From the NCBI GenBank assembly GCA_965279525.1, contig CBDIIB010000005.1:512001-576000 (forward strand): DNA of 64,000 nucleotides. The letters are read 5' to 3'. Under the pieces are notes generated by a model, which saw nothing but the letters and a program-made list of their open reading frames with translations, made no database searches and was not told where the DNA came from. Position 1 is the first letter of the stretch, and each line of letters starts with the position of its first letter. A program made the position numbers and the translations under genes. The stretch is from Tagaea sp. GTDB taxonomy: Bacteria > Pseudomonadota > Alphaproteobacteria > CACIAM-22H2. Shown piece by piece: positions 30,635 through 41,333 of the stretch.

Positions 30635-31893
30635 GCAGCGATCTTCGCCGCGATGTCGGCAAGCCGGTCGAGCTTCGCCAGCGGCCCGAGGGCCGCGAGC
30701 GTGGGCTTGCCGGCGAGGATGCGGGTCGCGACGCGCGCGATGTCCTCGGCCGTCACCGCCTCGACCTTCGCCGAGACTTCCTCCGGCGTGATGTCGCGCC
30801 CGAAGATCAGCAGATTGGCCCCCAGCGCATCCATGCGCGCGTTGGTGCTTTCGAGCGACATCAGCAGGCCGGCGCGCATCTGCGCCTTGGCGCGGCGCAC
30901 TTCGGATGCCTGCGGCAGCGCACGCGCCCCGCGCAGCTCGGACACGAGGGCCGGGATCAGCTCTTCCATCTCGCGCTCGCCCGTCCCCGTATAGACATCG
31001 AACACGCCGCCGTCGGCGAACGACGAGGCGTGCGACGAGATCGAGTAGCACAGCCCCCGCTTCTCGCGGATTTCCTGGAACAGGCGCGAGGACATGCCCC
31101 CGCCCAGCAACGTGGCGAAGACCTGCACGGCCCAGTAATCGGCATCGCGCACGCCCACGCCGGGAAAACCCAGCACCAGATGCGCCTGCTCGAGATCGCT
31201 GTCGTCGCGGAACTCGCCGCCCAGATAGCGCGCGGGCTCGTCGCTGGCCGTTCCCGTCCCCTGCCACTTGCCAAACAGCTCGGCCGTGCGCGCGACGAGA
31301 TGTGCGGGATCGAGATTGCCCGAGGCCGCGATCACGACGTTGCCGGGCGCGTAGATGCCCTTGCGCCAGTCCAACGCCGCCGCACGCGGCAGCTTCTTGA
31401 TGATCTCGGCGGTGCCCAGCACCGGCCGGCCGATGGCCTGGCCGGGGAACGCGGTTTCCTGGAAGCGGTCGAAGATCACGTCGTCGGGCGTGTCCTCGAC
31501 CTGGCCGAGCTCCTGCAGGATCACGCCGCGCTCGCGCTCGAACTCGGCCGGATCGAAGACCGAGTTGAGGAAGATGTCGGCGAGGATGTCGAGCGCCAGG
31601 TCGGAATCTTCCTTCAGGCACTTGATGTAATAGGCGGTCTGCTCGCGGCCCGTGTGCGCGTTCATGAACGCGCCGACATTCTCGATTTCCTCGGCGATCG
31701 CCTTGGCGTCGCGCCGGGCCGTGCCCTTGAACGCCATGTGCTCGAGCATGTGGGCGACCCCGTTGAGGGCCGCCGGCTCGTGGCGCGTACCCGCCCCGAC
31801 GTAGACGCCGATCGAGACGGTCTCGACATGGTCCATGCGGTCGGAGGCCACGCGCAGGCCGCCGGGGAGCGTGTCGATGCGCACGCTGGTCAT
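30631..31893 (-). CDS. M16 family (MPP-like) zinc peptidase
   Basis: HMLEHMAFKGT inverted zincin motif, NAHT, GGGMSSRLFQEIREKRGL. Confidence 0.93.
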   Translation of the reverse strand: MTSVRIDTLPGGLRVASDRMDHVETVSIGVYVGAGTRHEPAALNGVAHMLEHMAFKGTARRDAKAIAEEIENVGAFMNAHTGREQTAYYIKCLKEDSDLALDILADIFLNSVFDPAEFERERGVILQELGQVEDTPDDVIFDRFQETAFPGQAIGRPVLGTAEIIKKLPRAAALDWRKGIYAPGNVVIAASGNLDPAHLVARTAELFGKWQGTGTASDEPARYLGGEFRDDSDLEQAHLVLGFPGVGVRDADYWAVQVFATLLGGGMSSRLFQEIREKRGLCYSISSHASSFADGGVFDVYTGTGEREMEELIPALVSELRGARALPQASEVRRAKAQMRAGLLMSLESTNARMDALGANLLIFGRDITPEEVSAKVEAVTAEDIARVATRILAGKPTLAALGPLAKLDRLADIAAKIAA

Positions 31894-33287
31894 GCGCGCC
31901 TCGCGGCGGCGACGAATTCTTTCAGCTTCGTGATGTCGTTGGGCAGGCGCGTGACTCGTTCGGGCCGCGTCATGAGGTCGGCCAGATGCGGCGGCAGCTT
32001 CGGGCGCACGCCCGACGCCTTCTCGACCGCGTCGGGGAACTTGGCCGGGTGCGCCGTGGACGCCACGACCATGGGCATGCCCTCGCGCTTTGCCTTGCGC
32101 GCCACGTGCAGTGCCACGGCCGTATGCGTGTCGACCAGTTCGCCCGAGTGACGCCACGTGTCGCGGATCTCGCCAAGCGTGGCCGCATCGTCGCACACGC
32201 CGGAATCGAACTCGGCGGCGAGGCCGGCATGCATGTTCTGCGGAAACTCGAGCCGGCCGGATTTGCGGAACCCGGCCATCATCGATGCGGTCGTGATCCC
32301 GTCGCGGCCGGCAAGCTCGAACACCATGCGCTCGAAATTGGACGAGACCTGCACGTCCATCGACGGCGACACGGTCGGCGCCACGGTTTCCAGCGCCATG
32401 TGGCCGCTGGCGATCGTGCGCGCCATGATGTCATTGCGGTTGGTCGCCACGACCAGCCGGTCGAGGGGAAGCCCCATGCGCTTGGCGGCATAGGCGGCGA
32501 GCACGTTGCCGAAATTGCCCGTCGGCACGCAGAAGCTCACTTTCCGGTCGGGTGCCCCCAGCGACAGAGCCGCATGCGCGTAATAGGCGATCTGCGCGGC
32601 GACGCGCGCCCAGTTGATCGAGTTGACCGCCGACAGGTTATGCGCGTCGCGGAACGCGAGATCGTTGAACATCGCCTTCACGGCGTCCTGGCAATCGTCG
32701 AACGTGCCGTCGAGCGCCACGTTGTGGATGTTCGCGGCCAGCACCGTCGTCATCTGCCGGCGCTGCACGTCGGACACGCGGCCGTGGGGATGGAGCATCA
32801 CGACATCGACCGCCGCCCGGTCGAGACACGCGGCGATGGCGGCCGAGCCGGTATCGCCCGACGTGGCGCCGATGACGGTCACGCGCGTGCCCCGCTTCGT
32901 CAGCACGTGGTCGAACAGCCGGCCGACGAGCTGGAGGGCGAAATCCTTGAAGGCGAGCGTGGGGCCGTGGAACAGCTCCATCGTCCACAGACCGGGGCCA
33001 AGCTGCTTGAGCGGGGCGACGGCCGGATGGCCGAACGTGGCCTGGCTATAGGTCTCGCGGCAGATGCGCAGCAGGTCCGCGTCGGCGATCGTGCCGCCGA
33101 CGAACGGGCGCATCACGGCATAGGCGATGTCGGCATAGGGCCGGTCGCGCAGCGCACGCCATTCGGCGGGCGAGAATTGCGGCCAGTGCTCGGGCACATA
33201 GAGGCCGCCGTCGCGCGCGAGGCCGGCGAGCAGCACGTCGTCGAAGGCAAGGACCGGGGCCGTCCCGCGGGTCGAGATATAGCGCAA
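31890..33287 (-). CDS. thrC: Threonine synthase
   Basis: YISTRG, ELFHGPTLAFKD, ATSGDTG, NSINWAR, PTGNFGN, TAHPAKF. TTG start lies 6 nt after AGGAG (ATG at 33293 is the alternative). Confidence 0.95.
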   Translation of the reverse strand: MRYISTRGTAPVLAFDDVLLAGLARDGGLYVPEHWPQFSPAEWRALRDRPYADIAYAVMRPFVGGTIADADLLRICRETYSQATFGHPAVAPLKQLGPGLWTMELFHGPTLAFKDFALQLVGRLFDHVLTKRGTRVTVIGATSGDTGSAAIAACLDRAAVDVVMLHPHGRVSDVQRRQMTTVLAANIHNVALDGTFDDCQDAVKAMFNDLAFRDAHNLSAVNSINWARVAAQIAYYAHAALSLGAPDRKVSFCVPTGNFGNVLAAYAAKRMGLPLDRLVVATNRNDIMARTIASGHMALETVAPTVSPSMDVQVSSNFERMVFELAGRDGITTASMMAGFRKSGRLEFPQNMHAGLAAEFDSGVCDDAATLGEIRDTWRHSGELVDTHTAVALHVARKAKREGMPMVVASTAHPAKFPDAVEKASGVRPKLPPHLADLMTRPERVTRLPNDITKLKEFVAAARRA

Positions 33288-33377
33288 CCGCATCTCCTGG
33301 ATGTCCGTCGAGCGGCGGACGTTAGTGCGCCCGGACGGCTGGTGCAACGTCGCCGAAACACGTTTTACTTCAAAGAG

Positions 33378-34877
33378 CTAGGAGTCGAGATACCGCGCCT
33401 TCAGATGCGCCTTGAAGATCGCGGCGTCGAGCGGGCGGCCGGTAGCGCGCACCAGCATCTCGCGTGTCGAGACGAGCGAGCCCATCGAATGCACGTTCTT
33501 TCGCAGCCACGCCATCAGCGGCGCGAAGTCGCCGCGCGAGATCGCCGGCAGGATCGACGTGTCGGCGCGTTTCGCCGCGTCGAAGAGCTGGGCGGCCGTC
33601 ATGGCGCCCAGCGTATAGGTCGGGAAATAGCCCCACGAACCGCCGGGCCAGTGGATGTCCTGCAGGCAGCCGTCGCGGTCGTCGGGCGGAACGACGCCGA
33701 CAAGCGCGCGCATGCCCTCGTTCCACGCGGCCGGAAGGTCGGCAAGCTGCATGCGGTCTTCGATCAGCGCGCGTTCGAGCCGGTAGCGCAGGATCACGTG
33801 GGCGGGATACGTCACCTCGTCGGCATCCACGCGGATGAGGCCGCGCTTCACCCGGTGGTAGATGCGCCGGAAATTATCGCCGGTCCACGCCACGCCCGAC
33901 CGGCCGAACGCGGCGGCCGCCTTGGGGGCGAGGTACGACAGGAACTCCGGGCTGCGCGCGGCCTGCATCTCGACCAGCAGCGACTGGCTTTCGTGGGCAC
34001 TCATGCCGCGCGCGAAGCCGACCGGCTGGTGGCGCCAGTCCTTGGGCAGGCCGCGCTCGTACATCGCGTGGCCGGTCTCGTGCAGCACGCCCATCAGGCC
34101 CTTGGCGAAATCCCTCTCGTCCCAGCGCGTCGTGATGCGCACGTCGTCGGGCACGCCGCCGCAGAACGGATGGTGGCTCGTGTCGAGACGGCCATGGTCG
34201 AACTCGAAACCGACCGAGCCCATCAGTTCCTCGGCGAGCTTCTTCTGGGCGGCTGCCGGGAACGGGCCGTCGAGCGGCAGGGCGGCGGGCTGCTTGGCCT
34301 GGCGCTCCAGCACGTCGGCCGTGAAGCCGGGCAGGAAGGCGGCAAGGTCGGCGAAGATCGCGTCGATCTCGTCGGACGAGCCGCCCGGCTCGTACTCGTC
34401 GAGCAGCGCGTCGTATTTCGACCGTCCGAGTTTGGCGGCCTTGATGGCGGCCACTTCGCGCGTCAGGTCCAGCACCGTCTTCATCGACGGCAGCAGCCCG
34501 GCGAAGTCGTTGGCCTTGCGTGCGGCACGCCAGCGCATCTCGCACGCCGAAACCGCGCGCGAACGCGCCTCGACGAGGTCGGCGGGCAAGGCGGTCGCGT
34601 GCAGCCAATCGCGGCGCATCTCGCGCAGGTTGGCGGATTTCCATTCGTCGAGATCGCGTCCCTCGCCCGCCGCGGCGAACAGGTCGGCAAGGGCCGGATC
34701 GACCGCCTGCTCGTGGACGATCAGCTTCAGCGTGGCGAGCTGTTCGGCGCGCGCGTCGGCGCCGCCGTCGGGCATCATCGCGGCCCCGTCCCAGTCGAGC
34801 ATCGCGATGGCGTCGCGCACGAGGTTCATGCGCCTGAAACGGGCTTCGAGGGCGGGATAGGCAGTCGATGCGTTCAT
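33378..34877 (-). CDS. Carboxypeptidase M32 (Taq-like)
   Basis: HPF, DVRITTR, HETGHAMYE, HESQS, IRVDADE, GCLQDIHW, GYFPTY. Confidence 0.95.
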   Translation of the reverse strand: MNASTAYPALEARFRRMNLVRDAIAMLDWDGAAMMPDGGADARAEQLATLKLIVHEQAVDPALADLFAAAGEGRDLDEWKSANLREMRRDWLHATALPADLVEARSRAVSACEMRWRAARKANDFAGLLPSMKTVLDLTREVAAIKAAKLGRSKYDALLDEYEPGGSSDEIDAIFADLAAFLPGFTADVLERQAKQPAALPLDGPFPAAAQKKLAEELMGSVGFEFDHGRLDTSHHPFCGGVPDDVRITTRWDERDFAKGLMGVLHETGHAMYERGLPKDWRHQPVGFARGMSAHESQSLLVEMQAARSPEFLSYLAPKAAAAFGRSGVAWTGDNFRRIYHRVKRGLIRVDADEVTYPAHVILRYRLERALIEDRMQLADLPAAWNEGMRALVGVVPPDDRDGCLQDIHWPGGSWGYFPTYTLGAMTAAQLFDAAKRADTSILPAISRGDFAPLMAWLRKNVHSMGSLVSTREMLVRATGRPLDAAIFKAHLKARYLDS

Positions 34878-35590
34878 GGCTTGCGTCTCTGCGAGATGAC
34901 GAAGATGACGGCGAGTGCGATCGCCAGCGCGAACCAGGTGAAGGCGTATTGCAGGTGCGGGCGCGGGAGCTGGGCCTGCGTCTGCCCGCCCAGCGGCCAG
35001 CCGCCCGGGTTGCGCGGCTCCAGGGCCGCCTCGACATAGACCAGCAGCGCTTCCGGCACGCCGGCGGCGGCGGCCATCGCCGGCAGGTCGAACCAGAACC
35101 AGCCGTTCTTGGCCGGCTCGTTGTCCGGCATCATCGGGCCCTTGCGCGGCTCGTCGCGCAGCACGCCTTCGATCGCGACGGGGCCGGCGACCTGGCCCTG
35201 CGGGCGTGTCGATGCCTCGCGTAGGTCCTTGCGCACCCAGCCGCGGTTGATGAGCACGGCGGGCTTTCCCTCGCGCAGCAGCGGGGTCAGCACATAGAAG
35301 CCCTCGTTGCCGTTGAGCGAACGCGCGTAGACGTGCAGTTCCTTGTCGTGCGCGAAGACGCCGCTCGCGCGCACGCGCCGGAAGCGGCGCAGTTCGGGAT
35401 CGGCCATCGCCGCGTCGATCTCGACCGGCGGGGCCGCGAGGCGCTCGGCGCGGATGTCGTTCTCGGCCGAGCGCTCGATGTGGCGGGCGACCTGCCAGCC
35501 CGACAGGGCGAACAGCATCAGCACGCCGGGCACGGCGATCAGCGTGGGCACCAGGCGCGGGGCGAAGCCGGGGATCAGGCGTTCAAGCAT
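34874..35590 (-). CDS. SURF1/Shy1 cytochrome oxidase assembly protein
   Basis: LSGWQ..R, LINRGWV, PDNEP, HLQYAFTWF. Confidence 0.9.
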   Translation of the reverse strand: MLERLIPGFAPRLVPTLIAVPGVLMLFALSGWQVARHIERSAENDIRAERLAAPPVEIDAAMADPELRRFRRVRASGVFAHDKELHVYARSLNGNEGFYVLTPLLREGKPAVLINRGWVRKDLREASTRPQGQVAGPVAIEGVLRDEPRKGPMMPDNEPAKNGWFWFDLPAMAAAAGVPEALLVYVEAALEPRNPGGWPLGGQTQAQLPRPHLQYAFTWFALAIALAVIFVISQRRKP

Positions 35591-35972
35591 CGAACTCGTG
35601 GCGTCTGTGGCGGAACTGCATGGCGATCAATATGGCCTTGGCGACGCGCAGCATCCAGAGGCCGGCGAAAGAAATGAAGGGGACCCAAAGCAGCAGATGG
35701 ACCCACCAGGACGGATGGAACGACGCGTCCACCCACAGCGCCAGCGTGACGACGACGAAGCCGAGCACGAGGATGACAAGCACCGCAGGACCGTCGCCTT
35801 CCTCGTGGCGCTTGAGGTCGAGGCCACAGGACGCGCAGGTATCGGCGACCGAAAGCGAGAACGGGCCGCGATAGAGAGGTGCGCCCGCGCATTTCGGGCA
35901 CCGGCAGAGAAGACCCGCCGCCAGCGGGCTGGCGGCGGGTCGGGAGCGTGTCTCGGGTGCGGCGTCGGTCAG
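35583..35972 (-). CDS. DUF983 family membrane protein (probable non-canonical CTG start)
   Basis: The frame upstream of the tracked 66-aa ORF reads LTDAAPE...GLLCRCPKCAG..LYRG...CASCGLDL....GDGPAV (zinc ribbon plus 2 TM), between coxC and surf1. Confidence 0.78.
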   Translation of the reverse strand: MTDAAPETRSRPAASPLAAGLLCRCPKCAGAPLYRGPFSLSVADTCASCGLDLKRHEEGDGPAVLVILVLGFVVVTLALWVDASFHPSWWVHLLLWVPFISFAGLWMLRVAKAILIAMQFRHRRHEFDA

Positions 35973-35976
35973 GCGA

Positions 35977-36858
35977 TCAGCTCGACCACGGGCCGTGACC
36001 CGGCAGGCTGACGGGGCCTTCGCCTGTCACGTAGATGACGGCGAACAGGAACAGCCACACCACGTCGACGAAGTGCCAGTACCACGCCGCCGCTTCGAAT
36101 CCGAAATGACGCTCCGGCGTGAAGTGGCCCTTGATCGCGCGCACGAGGCACACGATCAGGAAGATCGTGCCGACGAGCACGTGGAAGCCGTGGAAGCCCG
36201 TCGCCATGAAGAAGACCGACGAGTAGACGTTGTCCTTGAAGCCGAACGCGGCGTGCGCGTACTCGTAGGCTTGGCACGCGGTGAACGCGATGCCCAGCAG
36301 CACCGTCAGCACGAGACCCCACACGAGGCCCTGCTTGTTGCCCTCGACCAGCGAATGGTGCGCCCACGTGACCGTGGCGCCCGAGGTGAGCAGGATCAGC
36401 GTGTTGAGGAACGGCAGGTCCCACGGGTTGAACGTGACGACGTCCTTGGGCGGCCAGACCTGGCCGATCGTGTGCAGCTCGGGATAGAACGCGAAGTGGA
36501 AATAGGACCAGAAGAACGCAACGAAGAACATCACTTCGGACGCGATGAACAGCACCATCGCGTAGCGCAGCCCCAGGCGCACGGCGGCACTGTGCAGGCC
36601 CGGCGTGCGGGCTTCCTTCACGACCTGGCTCCACCAGCCGTACATCGTGAACAGCACGAGACCGAGGCCGAAGACGATCTTCCACACGCCCATCGACTGG
36701 AAGGTCTTGGCCATGCCGGTCCCGAACAGGTCGGGATGCATGAAGGTCAGCGCGGCGACGGCCAGCACGAAGGCGCTGATCGATCCGATGATCGGCCAGG
36801 GGCTCGGCTCCACCAGATGGTAGGGCGCTTTGGTCCCGTGCGCGGAGGTCTGGGCCAT
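35977..36858 (-). CDS. coxC: Cytochrome c oxidase subunit III
   Basis: [41 protein letters not shown]. Confidence 0.95.
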   Translation of the reverse strand: MAQTSAHGTKAPYHLVEPSPWPIIGSISAFVLAVAALTFMHPDLFGTGMAKTFQSMGVWKIVFGLGLVLFTMYGWWSQVVKEARTPGLHSAAVRLGLRYAMVLFIASEVMFFVAFFWSYFHFAFYPELHTIGQVWPPKDVVTFNPWDLPFLNTLILLTSGATVTWAHHSLVEGNKQGLVWGLVLTVLLGIAFTACQAYEYAHAAFGFKDNVYSSVFFMATGFHGFHVLVGTIFLIVCLVRAIKGHFTPERHFGFEAAAWYWHFVDVVWLFLFAVIYVTGEGPVSLPGHGPWSS

Positions 36859-36869
36859 GGTTCGTATCC

Positions 36870-37448
36870 TCAGTTTTGCGTCGCCGGTACTTCGGCGGTC
36901 TTGGGCTGGTCGGCCGCCCGGTGGAAGCTATAGGACAGGGTGATGGTCGTCACGTCGCTCATGTGCGGGTCCTTCTCGATCGCGGGATCGACGAAGAACG
37001 AGACGGGCATGTCGAGGCTTTCGCCCGGTGCGAGCGTCTGCTCGGAGAAGCAGAAGCAGGCGACCTTCTGGAAATAGGGGGCGGCCTTCAGCGGCGTCAC
37101 GTTGAACGTGGCGGTCCCGGTCGTCGGCACGCGACCCGGATTGGAGGCCGTGTAGAAGATCAGGCTCTCTTCGCCCGTGCGCGCCTTGACCGGCGCCGGA
37201 CCCCTGAAGCGCCAACCCAGCGCGTCGGGCCCGCCCATCACGTTGGCGTCGAAGCGTACGGTGACGATGCGGCTGCCGGTCTGCGCGGGAAGCGCGTCGG
37301 CGATCATCGGCGTGCCGCCGAAGCCGGTGACCTGGCAGAAGAGCTTGTAGAGCGGCACCGACGCGTAGGCGAGTGCGAGCATGCCGATGCCCATGCCCGC
37401 GATGGCAAGGCCGGTCCGGCGGTTCGTGCGGGCGGGGCCTGTCATCAT
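36870..37448 (-). CDS. ctaG: Cytochrome c oxidase assembly protein CtaG/Cox11
   Basis: [16 protein letters not shown], copper motif [12 protein letters not shown]. Confidence 0.93.
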   Translation of the reverse strand: MMTGPARTNRRTGLAIAGMGIGMLALAYASVPLYKLFCQVTGFGGTPMIADALPAQTGSRIVTVRFDANVMGGPDALGWRFRGPAPVKARTGEESLIFYTASNPGRVPTTGTATFNVTPLKAAPYFQKVACFCFSEQTLAPGESLDMPVSFFVDPAIEKDPHMSDVTTITLSYSFHRAADQPKTAEVPATQN

Positions 37449-37564
37449 CACTTCACCATCTTGACGATGGTGATCGCGTAGAACAGCGCGCACAGCACCG
37501 CGACGGTGAGTGCGATCGCCAGGTTCTTGCCGCGGCGGTTCTTCATGGGATCGGGGGCCGCCAT
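37448..37564 (-). CDS. Small single-TM protein (CoxF-like)
   Basis: [38 protein letters not shown]; overlaps both neighbours; usual position between ctaB and ctaG. Confidence 0.72.
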   Translation of the reverse strand: MAAPDPMKNRRGKNLAIALTVAVLCALFYAITIVKMVK

Positions 37565-38526
37565 CACGCACCTGCCCCGGCCGGCACGCGGTCGAGGATC
37601 ATCAAGCCGAACAGCAGGAAGAGATAGACGATCGAATAGCCGAACAGCCGCTTGGCGGCCGTCTCGGGGAAGTCGGAACCTTCCGCGCCCGCACGCTTTC
37701 CGTCGCGCCACACGTCGATCGCACCGGCGACGAAAACGAGGCCCAGCGCCGCGGCGGCGACGGCATAGAGCGGGCCGACGAGCCCGCAGAAATAGGGCGC
37801 CACGCCCAGCGGGGCGAGCAGGACCGAATAGATCACGATCTGGCGACGCGTCTCGGGCTTGCCCGCGACGTTGGGCAGCATCGGCACGCCGGCCTTGCCG
37901 TAGTCGCGCATCGCGAACAGCGCCAGCGCCCAGAAATGCGGCGGCGTCCACATGAACACGATGGCGAACAGCACGATGGCGCCGAGACCCACGTCGCCCG
38001 TGGCGGCGGCCCAGCCGATCATCGGCGGGAAGGCGCCGGCAGCCCCGCCGATCACGATGTTCTGCGGCGTCGAACGCTTGAGCCAGGCCGTGTAGACGAA
38101 AACGTAGAAGGCGATCGATCCCGCGAGCAGCGCGCCCGCCACGATGTTGGTGGCGAGCGCCATCGTCACGACCGAGGCGACCGACAGCACGATGCCGAAG
38201 GCGAGCGCTTCGGCCGGCTCGATGCGGCCCGCCGGGATCGGACGTGCGCGCGTGCGCGACATCAGCGCGTCGATGTCGGCGTCGTACCACATGTTTATGG
38301 CGCCCGCCGCACCGGCCGCGACGGCGATGCACGCCACGGCGACCGCCGCGACGAACGGATGCAGCGTGGCGGGTGCGAGCATCAGCCCGACGAGCCCTGT
38401 GAACACCACGAGGCTCATCACGCGGGGTTTCAGCAGCTCCACGAAATCGGCGACCCCGCCCGCTTCGCCGTGCGCGCGGAGTTCGTCGATCGTCAGGCTC
38501 GCATGTGCGGAACCGTCGGCGGACAT
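37564..38526 (-). CDS. ctaB: Heme O synthase (protoheme IX farnesyltransferase)
   Basis: [46 protein letters not shown]. Confidence 0.95.
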   Translation of the reverse strand: MSADGSAHASLTIDELRAHGEAGGVADFVELLKPRVMSLVVFTGLVGLMLAPATLHPFVAAVAVACIAVAAGAAGAINMWYDADIDALMSRTRARPIPAGRIEPAEALAFGIVLSVASVVTMALATNIVAGALLAGSIAFYVFVYTAWLKRSTPQNIVIGGAAGAFPPMIGWAAATGDVGLGAIVLFAIVFMWTPPHFWALALFAMRDYGKAGVPMLPNVAGKPETRRQIVIYSVLLAPLGVAPYFCGLVGPLYAVAAAALGLVFVAGAIDVWRDGKRAGAEGSDFPETAAKRLFGYSIVYLFLLFGLMILDRVPAGAGA

Positions 38527-38551
38527 ACCTGTCTTTTCCTAGGCCGGCGCC

Positions 38552-40171
38552 TCAGTGATGCGCCGGCGCCTTGATGTCGGGCAGCACTTCGAACGTGTGG
38601 TGCGGTGCCGGCGAAGGAACCGTCCATTCCAGCGTGTCGGCCGGCAGGCCCCACGGGTTGTCGGCGGTGACCTTCTTGCCGTTGTAGAACACCCAGATCG
38701 CCGCGCCGATGAAGGCGATCGACGAGGCGAACGAGAGGTACGAACCCCACGACGAGACCAGGTTCCAGCCCGCGAACGCGTCCGGATAGTCGGGAATGCG
38801 GCGCGGCATGCCGGCGAGACCCAGGAAGTGCTGCGGGAAGAAGGTCAGGTTGACGCCGATGAACGTCGCCCAGAAATGCAGCTTGCCCCAGCTCTCCGGG
38901 AACTCGCGGCCGGTCATCTTGGGCCACCAGTAGTAGAAGCCGCAGAAGATGCCGAAGACGGCGCCCAGCGACAGCACGTAGTGGAAATGCGCGACCACGT
39001 AGTAGGTGTTGTGGAGAGCGATATCCATGCCCGCGTTGGAGAGCACCACGCCCGTCACGCCGCCGACCGTGAACAGGAAGATGAAGCCCACGGCCCACAG
39101 CATGGGCACGCGGAACTCGATCGAGCCGCCCCACATCGTGGCGATCCACGAGAAGATCTTCACGCCCGTCGGTACCGCGATCACCATCGTCGCCGCGGTG
39201 AAGTAGATGCGCGTGTTGACGTTGAGGCCGACCGTATACATGTGGTGCGCCCACACGACGAAGCCCACGACGCCAATCGCCGTCATCGCATAGGCCATGC
39301 CGAGATAGCCGAAGATCGGCTTCCTGGAGAAGGTCGACACGACGTGGCTGATGATCCCGAACGCCGGCAGGATCATGATGTAGACCTCGGGGTGGCCGAA
39401 GAACCAGAACAGGTGCAAGAACAGCACCGGATCGCCGCCGCCGGCCGCCTCGAAGAAGTGCGTGCCGAAATTGCGGTCGGTCAGCAGCATCGTGATGGCG
39501 CCGGCGAGGACCGGCAGCGACAGCACGAGCAGGAACGCGGTGAGCAGCATCGCCCACAAGAACAGCGGCATGCGGTGCATCGTCATGCCGGGGGCGCGCA
39601 TGTTGAAGATCGTCGTGATGAAGTTGATGGCGCCCAGGATCGACGAGGCGCCCGCGAGATGCAGCGACAGGATCGCCATGTCCATCGCAGGGCCCGGGTG
39701 GTACTGCGCGGAAGACAGCGGCGGATAGATCGTCCAGCCCACGCCCGCACCGCCGCCCAGCACGGCCGAGCCGAGCAGCAGCAGGAAGGCCGGCGGCATC
39801 AGCCAGAAGCTGATGTTGTTCATGCGCGGGAACGCCATGTCGGGCGCGCCGCACATCATCGGGATGAACCAGTTGCCGAAACCGCCGATCAGGGCCGGCA
39901 TGACGACGAAGAACACCATGATCAGGCCGTGCGCGGTGACGACCATGTTCCACTGGTGTCCGTCGGTCATGTACTGCATGCCCGGGTGCGCCAGTTCCAT
40001 GCGCATCCACACCGAGAAGGCGCCGCCCAGGATCGCGGCCAGGACCGAGAACACGAGGTACATCGTTCCGATGTCCTTGTGGTTGGTCGAATAGGCCCAG
40101 CGACGCCAGCCATAGGGCGTGTGGTCGTGATGATCGTGGCTGTCGTGGGCGGCGTGCGTGTTGGCGCTCAT
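38552..40171 (-). CDS. coxA: Cytochrome c oxidase subunit I (aa3, type A1)
   Basis: [36 protein letters not shown]. Confidence 0.97.
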   Translation of the reverse strand: MSANTHAAHDSHDHHDHTPYGWRRWAYSTNHKDIGTMYLVFSVLAAILGGAFSVWMRMELAHPGMQYMTDGHQWNMVVTAHGLIMVFFVVMPALIGGFGNWFIPMMCGAPDMAFPRMNNISFWLMPPAFLLLLGSAVLGGGAGVGWTIYPPLSSAQYHPGPAMDMAILSLHLAGASSILGAINFITTIFNMRAPGMTMHRMPLFLWAMLLTAFLLVLSLPVLAGAITMLLTDRNFGTHFFEAAGGGDPVLFLHLFWFFGHPEVYIMILPAFGIISHVVSTFSRKPIFGYLGMAYAMTAIGVVGFVVWAHHMYTVGLNVNTRIYFTAATMVIAVPTGVKIFSWIATMWGGSIEFRVPMLWAVGFIFLFTVGGVTGVVLSNAGMDIALHNTYYVVAHFHYVLSLGAVFGIFCGFYYWWPKMTGREFPESWGKLHFWATFIGVNLTFFPQHFLGLAGMPRRIPDYPDAFAGWNLVSSWGSYLSFASSIAFIGAAIWVFYNGKKVTADNPWGLPADTLEWTVPSPAPHHTFEVLPDIKAPAHH

Positions 40172-40195
40172 GGGGAGCTTCCTTGGCGCGAGAGG

Positions 40196-41086
40196 TTACT
40201 TGGAGAGGTTGAGGGCGACGCGCGGTGCTTCGAGCGCCTGCAGTTCGGCCACCGACAGCGGCGCCTTGCCGCCGTCCGCGAAACGCTTCTTGGCTTCCGC
40301 CGTCCAGCGATCGAAGGTCGCCTTGTCGACCGCCTCGACGGCGATCGGCATGTAGGCGTGATTGACGCCGCAGATCTGGTTGCACTGGCCGTAGTACACG
40401 CCGGGCTTGTCGGCGCGGAACCACAAGTCGTTGATGCGGCCGGGCATCGCGTATTTCTGCACGCCCAGCGCCGGCACGAACCACGAGTGGATCACGTCGG
40501 AACCGGCGATCAGGACCTGCACGTTGGCGCCCACGGGCACCACGACGCGGTTGTCGACCTCGAGCAGGCGGATCTGCCCCGGCTTCAGGTCGGCGTCCGC
40601 GACCATGTAGCTGTCGAATTCGAACTCGCCGTGATCCGGGTACTGGTACTTCCAGTACCACTGGTGGCCGGTGACCTTGAGCGTGAAGTCCACCGCCGGC
40701 GGCTTGTCGGCCACGCGGATGAGGTCGATCGACGGGATCGCGATCAGCACGAGCAGCAGCACCGGCACGCCGGTCCACACGATCTCGAGCAGCGTGTTGT
40801 GCGTGGCGCGCGAGGGCGTGGGGTTGGCGGCGGCGCGGAAGCGCACGATCGTGTAGAGCAGCAGGGCCAGCACGAAAACCGTGATCAGCGTGATGATGAC
40901 CAGCAGGAGATCGTGGAACCAGCCGATATAGTCCTTCACCGGGCTTGCCGACGGCTGGAAGCCGAGTTGCCAGGGCGTGGGCTGGCTCGCCTGCGCCCCG
41001 ACGGCGCCGAGGACGAAGAAGGCGAGCGCTGCAAGGAACGTGGCTGCGAGCGCCGTGCGGTTGCGGACGGATACGGTCGTGAGCAT
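40196..41086 (-). CDS. coxB: Cytochrome c oxidase subunit II
   Basis: HNTLLEIVWT, GHQWYW, DVIHSW, and the CuA motif CNQICGVNHAYM. Confidence 0.95.
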   Translation of the reverse strand: MLTTVSVRNRTALAATFLAALAFFVLGAVGAQASQPTPWQLGFQPSASPVKDYIGWFHDLLLVIITLITVFVLALLLYTIVRFRAAANPTPSRATHNTLLEIVWTGVPVLLLVLIAIPSIDLIRVADKPPAVDFTLKVTGHQWYWKYQYPDHGEFEFDSYMVADADLKPGQIRLLEVDNRVVVPVGANVQVLIAGSDVIHSWFVPALGVQKYAMPGRINDLWFRADKPGVYYGQCNQICGVNHAYMPIAVEAVDKATFDRWTAEAKKRFADGGKAPLSVAELQALEAPRVALNLSK

Positions 41087-41284
41087 GTCCTGCCTATGGT
41101 TGGGTGTCTGCGCCGTCGCGAGGGCACGCGCAGACGCAAAAAGCGGGGGTTCCGGACGCCCTTAGAGTCGGGCTTGAGGGCAAGCTACACGAATGCCGGT
41201 ACCCGGCTCAACTTCCGCCGGAAGACATGCCGGCCGATGCGCGTCCGCGTCCCTCTGCGGGACGGGCAAATCCGGATCAACTTA

Positions 41285-41298
41285 TTGATAAACATGAA
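41285..41298. promoter_or_regulatory. FNR/FixK-like box upstream of coxB
   Basis: TTGAT-AAAC-ATGAA (one mismatch to TTGAT-N4-ATCAA) in an AT-rich patch about 200 nt upstream of coxB. Confidence 0.4.
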
Positions 41299-41333
41299 TT
41301 AATACAGGCCTGCGTCGGTTTGCCGCAGCAATG

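Noticed and set aside
30631-41086. Cox operon running into surf1, M32 peptidase, thrC and M16 peptidase as a new system
   Set aside because: This is a familiar alphaproteobacterial gene order, not novel.
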